From a virus: a stretch of DNA of 64,000 nt. Position 1 is the stretch's first letter. Each line of letters starts with the position of its first letter. Both the position numbers and the translations under genes were made by a program. Where the stretch lies: IMG/VR virus record IMGVR_UViG_3300045988_042432; one strand, 5' to 3'. Positions 40,261 through 48,866 of this stretch are shown piece by piece. Under the pieces are notes generated by a model, which was not told where the DNA came from, searched no databases, and saw only the letters and a list, made by a program, of their open reading frames with translations.

Positions 40261-40503
40261 ATGGATATAAAGAACAGCCCTATAGTTAAACATGCAATTA
40301 ACAATGACAAATCTCTTCTTCCCGGAATCATCGCTTACAGCTGCAAAGAAGCTATAGTAATCGCTAAGAGAGAATGCGGTGATTTTATAGACTTCGCCAA
40401 GGAGTGGATACAGTCCTCCAAACAGCTTTGCGAAGAAGAGAACATTCCATGGGAACAGATTAGGACAGCAACTGGAGATTCTATTGATAATTATATATCA
40501 TAA
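40261..40503 (+). CDS. hypothetical protein
   Basis: 80-aa ORF. Confidence 0.55.
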   Translation: MDIKNSPIVKHAINNDKSLLPGIIAYSCKEAIVIAKRECGDFIDFAKEWIQSSKQLCEEENIPWEQIRTATGDSIDNYIS

Positions 40504-40521
40504 TCTCCTTTCCGTCTAAAA

Positions 40522-40595
40522 GAGAGTCTGATGAGTCGTTGAAAATTACGACGAAACTTCACTGTGATTTGGCACGTCACGGTGGAGTCACTCTT
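40522..40595 (+). ncRNA. type I hammerhead ribozyme
   Basis: GAGAGU-CUGAUGA-[GUCGU/ACGAC helix II]-GAAA-[11-bp helix III]-U-C(cleavage after 40589)-ACUCUU. All core nucleotides are present, and helix I pairs GAGAGU with ACUCUU. Confidence 0.85.
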
Positions 40596-40612
40596 AACCA
40601 ATATTAGTAATT

Positions 40613-40774
40613 ATGAAACTCACTAAGAATAAGAAAGACAATATAATAATTAGTTCTGCCATTGGAGCATTAGTAATTATTAATATCATGTTGCCTACAG
40701 CTGGCGATTTTACATATGTAGCCGGAGCTATAGGTATTGTTGCGGCCATAGGAGTCTGGTTCTTACCAGACTAA
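40613..40774 (+). CDS. 53-aa membrane peptide (not in the ORF track)
   Basis: Own translation: MKLTKNKKDNIIISSAIGALVIINIMLPTAGDFTYVAGAIGIVAAIGVWFLPD. Confidence 0.45.
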   Translation: MKLTKNKKDNIIISSAIGALVIINIMLPTAGDFTYVAGAIGIVAAIGVWFLPD

Positions 40775-40815
40775 TCAAATAATTAATAAATCAAACTCTT
40801 TAAATTTAGAAGGAA

Positions 40816-41439
40816 ATGAAGAAATTACAAGAACGCCTGAAAGCTGGTATTGATTTCAATCCAAAGAAAGACCCATGCTATGATTCTATCGTAGAAGAAG
40901 CTGAAACTATTCTTGGGCATGTGCTCGATGCCGCTGAAGGTAAAGAAGTTCCTTACAAGAACTTCACTGTTGGTGGCGGTTATGACGAAAGGAAAGACCG
41001 TGAAATCGTCATTGTTCGTGGTGACGGTGAAGACTTGCTCGTTATGGAAGTTAAAGACGAATCTATTCGTGTGCAACCTCATGAACGTCATGCTGTCACT
41101 CTGAATGAGGATGACGAAGCTTCTGCCCGTGAAATCTTTGACATTCTTATGAAAATGAGAGACCAAAGACAAGGCTCTACATTTAAAGTCGAAGAAGGCA
41201 AAAAAGCTTTGTTTGAGTTTCTGAAGGATATATCTAAGGCTATCGGTGCTGATGTTGAAGGTGTTGAAACGCCAGAAGAGCTATTAAAAGCTCTCAAGGC
41301 TAGAGAAGAAGGCAATGAAGGAGCCATAGAAGATTTGATGCGTGAACAACGCATTCATCTTACTATGCACATGCTTGACTGTTCCCGTGAGAAGGCAGAG
41401 AAGATTGTAAAGAACTTTGAAGAAGCTGTGAAGCGTTAA
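40816..41439 (+). CDS. acidic hypothetical protein
   Basis: 207-aa ORF. Confidence 0.65.
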   Translation: MKKLQERLKAGIDFNPKKDPCYDSIVEEAETILGHVLDAAEGKEVPYKNFTVGGGYDERKDREIVIVRGDGEDLLVMEVKDESIRVQPHERHAVTLNEDDEASAREIFDILMKMRDQRQGSTFKVEEGKKALFEFLKDISKAIGADVEGVETPEELLKALKAREEGNEGAIEDLMREQRIHLTMHMLDCSREKAEKIVKNFEEAVKR

Positions 41440-41449
41440 TAATGCCAAG

Positions 41450-41518
41450 AGAGGATTAGTTTAATGGTAGAAGGCTAGTTGCGAACTGGCGGAGGGAGTT
41501 CGAATCTCCCATCCTCTC
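41450..41518 (+). tRNA. tRNA, anticodon GCG (Arg) if my fold is right; compact core
   Basis: Acceptor AGAGGAT/ATCCTCT, anticodon arm GCTAG-TTGCGAA-CTGGC, T arm GGGAG-TTCGAAT-CTCCC. Confidence 0.65.
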
Positions 41519-41600
41519 CCAATCATTTTAAAGTTTTGTATAGTTTAGGCTTGCCCCAGTCATGTTGTGAAACACACTTGGGCTTTTAATTAATAAGTGT

Positions 41601-41954
41601 ATGAATCAGAATGCAGTTAATTCTTTAAGGAATGCCAAGAGGCATATTCTTATTAGCGATGTTGATAAGTTCAATAGCCATTTATTGTATTACATATTAA
41701 ATGTTATATATGGAACACATGACCATATTAAATTAAATACGATACGTGAAAGACTTGAACGTGAGCTTAAATGGTCATTGGATGAGCATATTCCTGATAA
41801 GGATGTAATTAGAGAATGGCTTGACAATGATTACCCTCTTATATGCATAACAGAGTTATCGTTTGACAGTTGTATTAAACTTGCCAACGATTTCCCAGAT
41901 TATGAAATTGTAGTTTATAGTTGGATGAAACATGAAGGGAACTTACCATTTTAA
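41601..41954 (+). CDS. hypothetical protein
   Basis: 117-aa ORF. Confidence 0.6.
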   Translation: MNQNAVNSLRNAKRHILISDVDKFNSHLLYYILNVIYGTHDHIKLNTIRERLERELKWSLDEHIPDKDVIREWLDNDYPLICITELSFDSCIKLANDFPDYEIVVYSWMKHEGNLPF

Positions 41955-41977
41955 ATGGAATAAAAATAACTCCTAGG

Positions 41978-42044
41978 CTATTAAGTCTGTAATGGGTACG
42001 CTACTCAATGTAGCACAGGAAGATACTGATAGCTTTTTTGTTCA
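41978..42044 (+). ncRNA. candidate small RNA A2 (short version of A1)
   Basis: TAATGGGTACGC at 41990-42001, GCACAGGAAG at 42013-42022, closing stem CTATTA/TGATAG followed by T6. Confidence 0.35.
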
Positions 42045-42090
42045 GGTTTGAGAGACCTCCTGGCATGAGAGGATAATCATGCCGTTCTAT

Positions 42091-42609
42091 GGGCCTAGAT
42101 TTGGTTTTGACAGGCGATTACAAGTTAGTAAGACGTGTAGAGTTCGTACCAACTCTTTAATAATGATACAGCAATTTAAGTGGAAACACTGAAGTAAGAA
42201 TGGCAGCCTAAGCTGCTGGCTTATCTATTAATTTAGCTCTAAGTCGGGTTAATTGGAGAGACCTAGAAACAGAAGAGGTGTGGGAAGAAGCGTATAGAGC
42301 AGCCCACTTAACTTGAAAGCCAAAGGTTAGTAAAGCTGAAATCTCCACTACCTATCTATGGGTTACAAATAGAAACGTTCTCCAACGTAAATGGAGTGGT
42401 GGAGCGACCGTTCGGTCAAGCCCAGTTTGGTAGTTTGTGAACAACTAAGTCGTAGCCCTACGAGGGAGACGTAATTGGTGAATTAACACTCGGCTTCTTA
42501 GTAAAACTACCTACATGCTGAACTCAACAGCTGATGTAATAAAATAGAGACACACGTAATCTTATTAATGAGGGTTGTTTGGACGGCGGTTCGACTCCGC
42601 CTAGGTCCA
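42091..42609 (+). ncRNA. ssrA: tmRNA (ssrA-like)
   Basis: The 5' end GGGCCUAGAUUUGGUUUUGACAGGCGAUU resembles the canonical tmRNA 5' end. The 3' end has GGCGG-UUCGACU-CCGCC-UAGGUCC-A. The acceptor GGGCCUA/UAGGUCC carries G3:U70. A possible tag frame is GGA AAC ACT GAA GTA AGA ATG GCA GCC TAA (42182-42211, GNTEVRMAA). Confidence 0.7.
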
Positions 42610-42637
42610 CTATTATTAACGTTTAAATATCAATTTT

Positions 42638-42991
42638 ATGGGATTATTTATTATTGCAGTGATTGTTTTACTTATTTGTGTATGTCTTTCGCGAGTAGGG
42701 TCTAAAGACCTAAGAGAAGTTGCAGTGGCAGTTGAGATTGTATTCTCAATGGCAACAGTTGTGGCAGCGATTTCATTACCATTCGCTATTAAGGGAAATA
42801 CTCAAATTATTGGCAAGCATGCAGTGCTAAAAGAAACATTGGAGGCTACTGATAGGAAGAATTACTATCTTATATCTAGTGATGTTTTAGAGCTCAATTA
42901 TACTATTATGAATCATAGGAACTTTGTAGACAATTTCTGGATTGGGATATGGTATGATAAGGACGTAGCTAAATTGGAACTATTAAAATGA
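42638..42991 (+). CDS. membrane protein
   Basis: 117-aa ORF with two N-terminal hydrophobic helices. Confidence 0.6.
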   Translation: MGLFIIAVIVLLICVCLSRVGSKDLREVAVAVEIVFSMATVVAAISLPFAIKGNTQIIGKHAVLKETLEATDRKNYYLISSDVLELNYTIMNHRNFVDNFWIGIWYDKDVAKLELLK

Positions 42992-43269
42992 AAGCAAGGT
43001 TATTAAAGAAACTTCGTAAGGAGTCAAAGAAGCTGAAATTAATAAGAGGTGAGGATTATCAATACATAGTTACTGATAGTCCTCATGACATATTAAGACC
43101 AAAGCTTGATACTTACTACAGTGGCACATACTACTGTGGTCAAGAATTATTATTTGACGAAGATGTAATTGCATGGTTACATCAATGCAGACGTAATTGG
43201 ATTCTGTCCGAGATTAAACGAATGCGTGTACATCTACGTAAATCTCGAATTAGAATATATAAAGAGTAA
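42988..43269 (+). CDS. basic small protein
   Basis: 93-aa ORF with an ATGA overlap. Confidence 0.6.
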   Translation: MKARLLKKLRKESKKLKLIRGEDYQYIVTDSPHDILRPKLDTYYSGTYYCGQELLFDEDVIAWLHQCRRNWILSEIKRMRVHLRKSRIRIYKE

Positions 43270-43295
43270 TTGTTTCACTAAAAGTTATTGAAATT

Positions 43296-43793
43296 ATGGG
43301 AAAGAGGTCAATATCCGACGATGACATCGTTCGGATTTTTAACACGGTAAAGGCAATGAATCCTGGGCCTTTTAAGATTACAGATGTAGTCAGGGATTTA
43401 AAGAAGAATGGCTTCCCAAGGCCAGAGAACTTCATGGCTGTTTTGCGTAAGCAGGGAGTGATTGAACCTGACGGTGCTATCTATACTAAAGGATTTATGT
43501 GGAAAGAACATGGCCCTTTGTATAAGACTAGAGTCATTGAATTGATAACTATCAGCAGGAAAGAAATGGCTAAGATACAGAGAGATGCATATGCTAAGAG
43601 AATGGCTATTAAAGCTGGCACTTACGTAGCACCTCCTAAACCTAAGCCACAAGCTGAAATGGAAGCTGTTACAGAAGCGGAAGAAGACAAACATCTGATT
43701 CCTATTACACAGGCTGAAATGGAAGCAATCAAATTCCTGAAATCGAGAGGTTATAGAATCACTAAATTAATAACAGTTGAACAGATAGTATGA
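43296..43793 (+). CDS. hypothetical protein
   Basis: 165-aa ORF. Confidence 0.6.
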   Translation: MGKRSISDDDIVRIFNTVKAMNPGPFKITDVVRDLKKNGFPRPENFMAVLRKQGVIEPDGAIYTKGFMWKEHGPLYKTRVIELITISRKEMAKIQRDAYAKRMAIKAGTYVAPPKPKPQAEMEAVTEAEEDKHLIPITQAEMEAIKFLKSRGYRITKLITVEQIV

Positions 43794-44485
43794 AGTTTAC
43801 AGTACAAGGGAACACGCCATTCAGTGCACATATTTGCCAATATCTATATGATTTGGAAAGCAACTTTGCCAAGGAGAAATTATCATTGCCACTTAGTCAG
43901 ATTATAGCTCATATCTTATATGGGACTAAGAGAATCAGACTTGGTAATGAAGCTATTCCGTCCGAAGCAATCACTATTTTGGAAGAATGTATTGAAGCTA
44001 ATCAGCCAATACCAGTCAATTGTATCTTCGGCAGTTCTGAATCGGAGAAAGACTATGTTGATGTTGCTGAATTTCAATCTCTTCAAACGTTGAAGGATAT
44101 AAGCAGGAGAGTTGCTAAATTCTACTATCCAGGCTTGAACATAAGACTAGATGTAGTAGGCGATTCAAAATATGTTAGTAAGGTGATGAGACTGGCAACA
44201 GTCTTAGGTGGTTTTACCATAGGCACACACCAATCAGCTATTAATGTATCATTCGCTCACTACCGGCCAGCACACTATTATTATAAGTCTATTCCGTCTC
44301 GAAACATTCTACGAGGTGGATATGTTCCAGCTTGGGACGGTAGAGGTTATTTATACTTAGAATCCCCACATGATATTGTGAGTATGATAACTACAGCTGA
44401 CAATCCTGACATTCTTTCGACGACTGTGGTGTTAGAAGCAAACGAAGAGACGGTAGACCTTCGTGTGGACTATCTAATACCGTAA
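43790..44485 (+). CDS. hypothetical protein
   Basis: 231-aa ORF. Confidence 0.65.
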   Translation: MKFTVQGNTPFSAHICQYLYDLESNFAKEKLSLPLSQIIAHILYGTKRIRLGNEAIPSEAITILEECIEANQPIPVNCIFGSSESEKDYVDVAEFQSLQTLKDISRRVAKFYYPGLNIRLDVVGDSKYVSKVMRLATVLGGFTIGTHQSAINVSFAHYRPAHYYYKSIPSRNILRGGYVPAWDGRGYLYLESPHDIVSMITTADNPDILSTTVVLEANEETVDLRVDYLIP

Positions 44486-44865
44486 ATCCACTATTGACGA
44501 ATAGTGGTAGCAAAACTTGGTCTGAAGAACCAGTAGACATATTCCGGAGTATGTCTATGACTTAAAGGCTATATCAAAGAGTTGAAACCTGTATCTATTC
44601 GAACAGTAGGAGTTCACCTGATTAAGCATCAGAAAACAGTAGTGCAAATCTACTATAGATATTGTGTAAGAGAGAATCTACACGGTCTGTATTATATAAT
44701 CAGCATGCAGATAGGTCACCAAGCAAACCTCTTTCCTGCCTGGTCAAGTGTGCATTACGGTCTGTAAGTGGCGAGCGGGTTAACGTATGTCCGATTGCCG
44801 TAATGCCGCTTGTTTATTGTTTAGAATAAAGAAAGACTCTCATAACAATAAATTTAAACAAAGAG
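44486..44865 (+). ncRNA. ORF-poor hairpin-rich segment (candidate structured RNA)
   Basis: Hairpins include CCACTATT/AATAGTGG, TTGGT-CTGAAGA-ACCAG (a mimic of the tRNA-Phe anticodon arm) and TAGACATA/TATGTCTA. GC content is higher than in the flanks. Confidence 0.3.
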
Positions 44866-46560
44866 ATGGAAATGAAAGGAGCACAAAGGCCAAGGAGGCC
44901 TTACCCTAATGCCGCACGTCAAAGGCGGGATGAGAATAAACCTAAGTTTGTGGATAATAATCAGTTATTCATAGACCAGTTTGTTAATCTTAAGAAATGT
45001 CTTCAGCCACGTACCTACGTGCAAGTGGCTAAAGATATGTATCCTTTATGGAAAGCTAATCCATTACTATGTACTAAGTTTACTGCATATACGAGAATGA
45101 TAACTCGTAAATGTAGAATAATTACCCCGGAAGGAGTTATACAACTTGATACACAGCAAGGAGAAGGTTTGAAGAATGAAGGTATAATGAGAATGTTGTG
45201 GTTGGCAATCTATCACAAACCCACATTCCATGCCAACATTGCTTATTTTGCAGCAGCTGGATGCTGGAAAGATTTCATTACTATGATGGCTTTAGATGTT
45301 CAACTCCATGGCTTTAAGCACAGATTGGATTGGGACTTCTTCAAGAAAGTCATATTCGCAGGTCTTGCCAACGGTCAGACATGTGATTTAGTAAAGAAGT
45401 ATCTTCCTCGTGTTCGTTCCAGTGTTGCATGTAAGACAGATGAGGCAAAAGCACGTAATACAGTAGCCAAATTCTTGGCGGAAGGCCTTTATGGTAAACC
45501 TAAGGATGAAGGAGACTATTCAACCTATCGTAAATATAGGAAGATGAAGAATAGCGGGAAAGCAGCCCAATGGCAGCAGTTAATCAGTCAAAAGAAATTC
45601 TTGGAAATCGATTTTGACACTGTTACTGGAAAGGCACTGGCACAGCTAGTAGGCTCTAAATTCCTCAAACATCAAGGTCTTAAAGAGAAGTATCAGAACT
45701 GGTTGAAGAACCGTAAGAAGCCCTCTAATAGCGGATTTCTACATACTCTGTTCAAACCATACGGATTGGATAAAATTGCCGAAGAGATTCCAGAATTTAT
45801 GGAAACTTCTATTAATGCAAGTTTCAATGTATTTGTTGATAATGCTAAACGCAATAGAGTAGCTCCGTTGTTGGTAGTAAGAGATATAAGTCATTCTGCT
45901 AATGGTGAGATAGAGAATAGCGAAACATCTGCTTACAGTTTGGGTAAAGTATATGCTTTATATCACTCTGAATTACTTCCTACAATATTCAAAAACTCCT
46001 ATGCCGTGTTAGAAGATAACATGGTTCTACATAAGTTCAAAGGTCAGAATGTCATTGAGAAATGGAAAGCTGACAAAGAAGAAGCATTATGCCAGAATCC
46101 TTCTATTATTAATATAGCAGAAATGCTGTGTAAAATGAAAGAAGATTATGGTGTGGATGAAGGAGAGTTCCCTAGAGGTTGTGTGGTAATTACTAACCAT
46201 ACATATTTTACCAAGTTGAACAACCAAGCATTCGTGGAATTTAAGCAAAGACTGCTTAAAGCAAATTTCAGTAAGGAATTTGTAAGAGCATTCAAAGTTA
46301 TCATTTGGAGAGTTCCTTTAGCATATAAGGGAAGACCTAATGTGGCTTTGGTTCCAGGAGTGTCAAATTGCTTCTTAGTAAATGGACTTAATAATTCAAC
46401 ATCCTCATTTATTACTGGAGAGAAGAGGTTCCAGGTGCCTAAAACCACTAGAGACATCTTTAAGCATGCTATGAATCAAGAGTTGCTTAATATGATGATT
46501 CTAGAGAAGGATGTTGTCAAGAAGAATGCAAGCGTGCAGAAGAAGCCTGTGAAGGTCTAA
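44866..46560 (+). CDS. vWA-domain protein (MIDAS-like DISHS); N-terminal region possibly DUF2828/TROVE-like
   Basis: 564-aa ORF with ...PLLVVRDISHSANGE... in the C-terminal half. The N-terminal call is from memory only. Confidence 0.5.
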   Translation: MEMKGAQRPRRPYPNAARQRRDENKPKFVDNNQLFIDQFVNLKKCLQPRTYVQVAKDMYPLWKANPLLCTKFTAYTRMITRKCRIITPEGVIQLDTQQGEGLKNEGIMRMLWLAIYHKPTFHANIAYFAAAGCWKDFITMMALDVQLHGFKHRLDWDFFKKVIFAGLANGQTCDLVKKYLPRVRSSVACKTDEAKARNTVAKFLAEGLYGKPKDEGDYSTYRKYRKMKNSGKAAQWQQLISQKKFLEIDFDTVTGKALAQLVGSKFLKHQGLKEKYQNWLKNRKKPSNSGFLHTLFKPYGLDKIAEEIPEFMETSINASFNVFVDNAKRNRVAPLLVVRDISHSANGEIENSETSAYSLGKVYALYHSELLPTIFKNSYAVLEDNMVLHKFKGQNVIEKWKADKEEALCQNPSIINIAEMLCKMKEDYGVDEGEFPRGCVVITNHTYFTKLNNQAFVEFKQRLLKANFSKEFVRAFKVIIWRVPLAYKGRPNVALVPGVSNCFLVNGLNNSTSSFITGEKRFQVPKTTRDIFKHAMNQELLNMMILEKDVVKKNASVQKKPVKV

Positions 46561-46723
46561 GTATTTCGCGCACCGTTTATTTAATAGTTGAATTAATGTT
46601 CTGATTGGATAGAAGATAGATTTCATTATGCATGGAGAAGAGCGCATATTTGGTATAGTAATCTTTGTGCATATCTAGTAACACTAGGTGGGAATTTATT
46701 GGATGATTCCATAGGGACTGGAT

Positions 46724-46797
46724 AGAGATATAGTTCAGTGGTAGAACAGCTAAAGTCAATCTTTAGAAGAACATCAGTTCGAATCTGGTTATCTCTA
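46724..46797 (+). tRNA. atypical tRNA, anticodon CAA, anticodon arm 2 nt too long, short variable region
   Basis: Acceptor AGAGATA/TATCTCT, D arm GTTC/GAAC, T arm ATCAG-TTCGAAT-CTGGT. The anticodon arm is CTAAA-GTCAATC-TTTAG with an extra G.A layer. Confidence 0.6.
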
Positions 46798-46900
46798 CAC
46801 CATTTTATTAATATGATTCTTTCAACATATGCAGTGTCATTTCTATCTCGACTCATAGTCATTATTACGAGTTAAAGTATCTGCAATTGTTGAATAACTA

Positions 46901-46936
46901 CTAAGCTCATCGGTTCGAGAGAATATGTGAGCTTAG
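46901..46936 (+). repeat. T-hairpin copy 1 (loop GGTTCGAGAGAATA)
   Basis: Stem CTAAGCTCA/TGAGCTTAG. Confidence 0.7.
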
Positions 46937-47002
46937 TTTAATACCGAGCAAACTTCTATCGTATTTAATACATATTAACTTTTACATGTGGGGAAGATTC
47001 AT

Positions 47003-47010
47003 TACCTTTG
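47003..47010 (+). promoter_or_regulatory. Bacteroides-type -7 box TAccTTTG upstream of tRNA-Tyr
   Basis: TACCTTTG lies 38 nt before the tRNA. The following 16-mer AATTCACAGTTAATAT is repeated exactly at 35055-35070. Confidence 0.4.
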
Positions 47011-47047
47011 CACTCACAATTCACAGTTAATATGGATTGTGTGATTC

Positions 47048-47131
47048 GGGCACGTAACCGGTAATTGGTAGCCGCGTAGACTGTAAATCTACTCCTTAAT
47101 TGGACTGGAGGTTCGAGTCCTCCCGGGCCCA
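47048..47131 (+). tRNA. tRNA-Tyr (GTA), long variable arm
   Basis: Anticodon arm GTAGA-CTGTAAA-TCTAC, T arm GGAGG-TTCGAGT-CCTCC, 3-bp D stem. Confidence 0.8.
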
Positions 47132-47184
47132 CTCACACTGCGATAATTAAATACAATATCTGTTGAGGTCAAACTCGACAAACC

Positions 47185-47212
47185 CTTCTATGGTTCGAGA
47201 GAATAGTAGAAG
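47185..47212 (+). repeat. T-hairpin copy 2
   Basis: Stem CTTCTA/TAGAAG, loop TGGTTCGAGAGAATAG; ends 6 nt before tRNA-Gly. Confidence 0.65.
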
Positions 47213-47218
47213 TAAACT

Positions 47219-47290
47219 GCGGGATTCGTATAATGGTTATTATAACAGCCTTCCAAGCTGAAGATGACAGTTCAATTCTGTTATCCCGCT
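47219..47290 (+). tRNA. tRNA-Gly (TCC)
   Basis: Acceptor GCGGGAT/ATCCCGC, anticodon loop CTTCCAA. Confidence 0.8.
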
Positions 47291-47313
47291 CATTATTAAT
47301 AATAGATGAGATT

Positions 47314-47571
47314 ATGAAAGAGACATCATTTAAGGCAGGTGTTATTGGTGGATTATGTGGAGTATTTACCTTCTTGGCATTATTTGCAACCACAAGTAAA
47401 GCATCAATTAATGAGTCTGCTGCTACTAATGGAGATTATAAAATCAACAGAGTGCAGTATGAATTTATTAACGAACTAACCATTTATAAGGTATCAGGTC
47501 CTGGTATTCCAGGTATTAAGTATGTGCTTAGAGATTCCGAGAAAGGTGGTTTATGTGTATTAAATCCATGA
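47314..47571 (+). CDS. small secreted/membrane protein
   Basis: The track ORF 47233.. overlaps tRNA-Gly. The internal ATG gives MKETSFKAGVIGGLCGVFTFLALFATTSKA... Confidence 0.5.
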   Translation: MKETSFKAGVIGGLCGVFTFLALFATTSKASINESAATNGDYKINRVQYEFINELTIYKVSGPGIPGIKYVLRDSEKGGLCVLNP

Positions 47572-47849
47572 GTGAACACTGTCTTATTAAGAAGAATACT
47601 CCAGAACTTCGTAAGAAACTAGAGGATGCTGGGTTAAGTGTGTGTATATGTACTACATTTGAGGATGCTGATTGGCTTAGTTGCTGGGGTTCTCATATGT
47701 CATATGATGTACATGGTGTGTATCCGGATGACGTGGACGATTTGTCTAAAGAAGCCTATCTGGAGATGTATCTCAAGGAAACGAATCCGATTATATGTGA
47801 ATCGGATGATGAGTTTATTAACATGTGTAAACAAATTAAAGGGAAATGA
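47568..47849 (+). CDS. hypothetical protein
   Basis: ATGA overlap with the upstream stop. Confidence 0.55.
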   Translation: MSEHCLIKKNTPELRKKLEDAGLSVCICTTFEDADWLSCWGSHMSYDVHGVYPDDVDDLSKEAYLEMYLKETNPIICESDDEFINMCKQIKGK

Positions 47850-47938
47850 TTATGCGGTAGATTACTTACAAGCCACCATAAGATAGTTGATTATTAATTA
47901 AGGCAATTTATTTATTAACTTATTAACAATTAACTATC

Positions 47939-48277
47939 ATGGCAACAATTAAACAATTTAAACAAGAAATCGCGAATTTAGTAAAAGCACAGAAAGCAGC
48001 TAAGAATATTAATGACTGCTCATCAGTTTATTACAACAGAGGAAGATTACATGCAATGTATGTAGCTTATTACATATTAAAGCATAAACTAATCGGAGAA
48101 GCTATGAATGAGTATCTAGCTAAAGTTATCAAAGAATGGAAATCACTTGAAACTCAAGGTTGGTGTGGTTATTCTAAGATGTATAGTGGAGAGAAGTATT
48201 TCCGAGAAAGAGTTGATTCACTGATTGATACATATTCTGATGAAGAGATTGTATGTGCTGATAGACCAGAAGCTTGA
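47939..48277 (+). CDS. hypothetical protein
   Basis: 112-aa ORF. Confidence 0.6.
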   Translation: MATIKQFKQEIANLVKAQKAAKNINDCSSVYYNRGRLHAMYVAYYILKHKLIGEAMNEYLAKVIKEWKSLETQGWCGYSKMYSGEKYFRERVDSLIDTYSDEEIVCADRPEA

Positions 48278-48527
48278 TGCAGTTTATGGTTGTGTACAAG
48301 GAGGTCATGCAGTAGCACAGTGGTTATTAGAACATCCTAATCAAGAGTGGAATAATAGCTATTTAATCTACTTATATGCAGACTTAGACAAATGGAAAGT
48401 AAGATTAGACTTAGTAAATAAGGACTACTCTTCATTCTATGAACCAGACCTTGACAATCAATTAACAGCAATCGCATTACAAGATGACGGTCGCATGTTC
48501 AAGAAACTTAAATTAGTAAGAGAATGA
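48240..48527 (+). CDS. PTH2-like peptidyl-tRNA hydrolase (tentative)
   Basis: MKRLYVLIDQKLDAVYGCVQGGHAVAQ...LTAIALQDDGRMFKKLKLV loosely follows the PTH2 pattern. Confidence 0.35.
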   Translation: MKRLYVLIDQKLDAVYGCVQGGHAVAQWLLEHPNQEWNNSYLIYLYADLDKWKVRLDLVNKDYSSFYEPDLDNQLTAIALQDDGRMFKKLKLVRE

Positions 48528-48829
48528 TATACAAACGAGATTATTATGTCAGTATAGGTGACGAACAGGTAATTATTACTAAGAACGCCATTATGCCATA
48601 TAATGTAATGGAGTCTAGAAACAAATACTTTTATAAAGTTGGAGATAAGGTTTTAACTCCGTTCGGAATACAAACTATTAAGGACATTATAAAGGATTAT
48701 AGTTCTCAACCAGGTCATGAATGGATTATCCTAGTAGAGGAGAATGGCAATCAGTATAAGCCGTGTGAGTTAATTGGCATAGTAGTCAAGGAACTTACAC
48801 TTGAACAGTGGAATCAAATTATCGAATAG
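48524..48829 (+). CDS. hypothetical protein
   Basis: 101-aa ORF; ends in TAG. Confidence 0.6.
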   Translation: MIYKRDYYVSIGDEQVIITKNAIMPYNVMESRNKYFYKVGDKVLTPFGIQTIKDIIKDYSSQPGHEWIILVEENGNQYKPCELIGIVVKELTLEQWNQIIE

Positions 48830-48866
48830 TTGATGAGTTGTGGGTAATCTCGTAAAACCCTCATTC

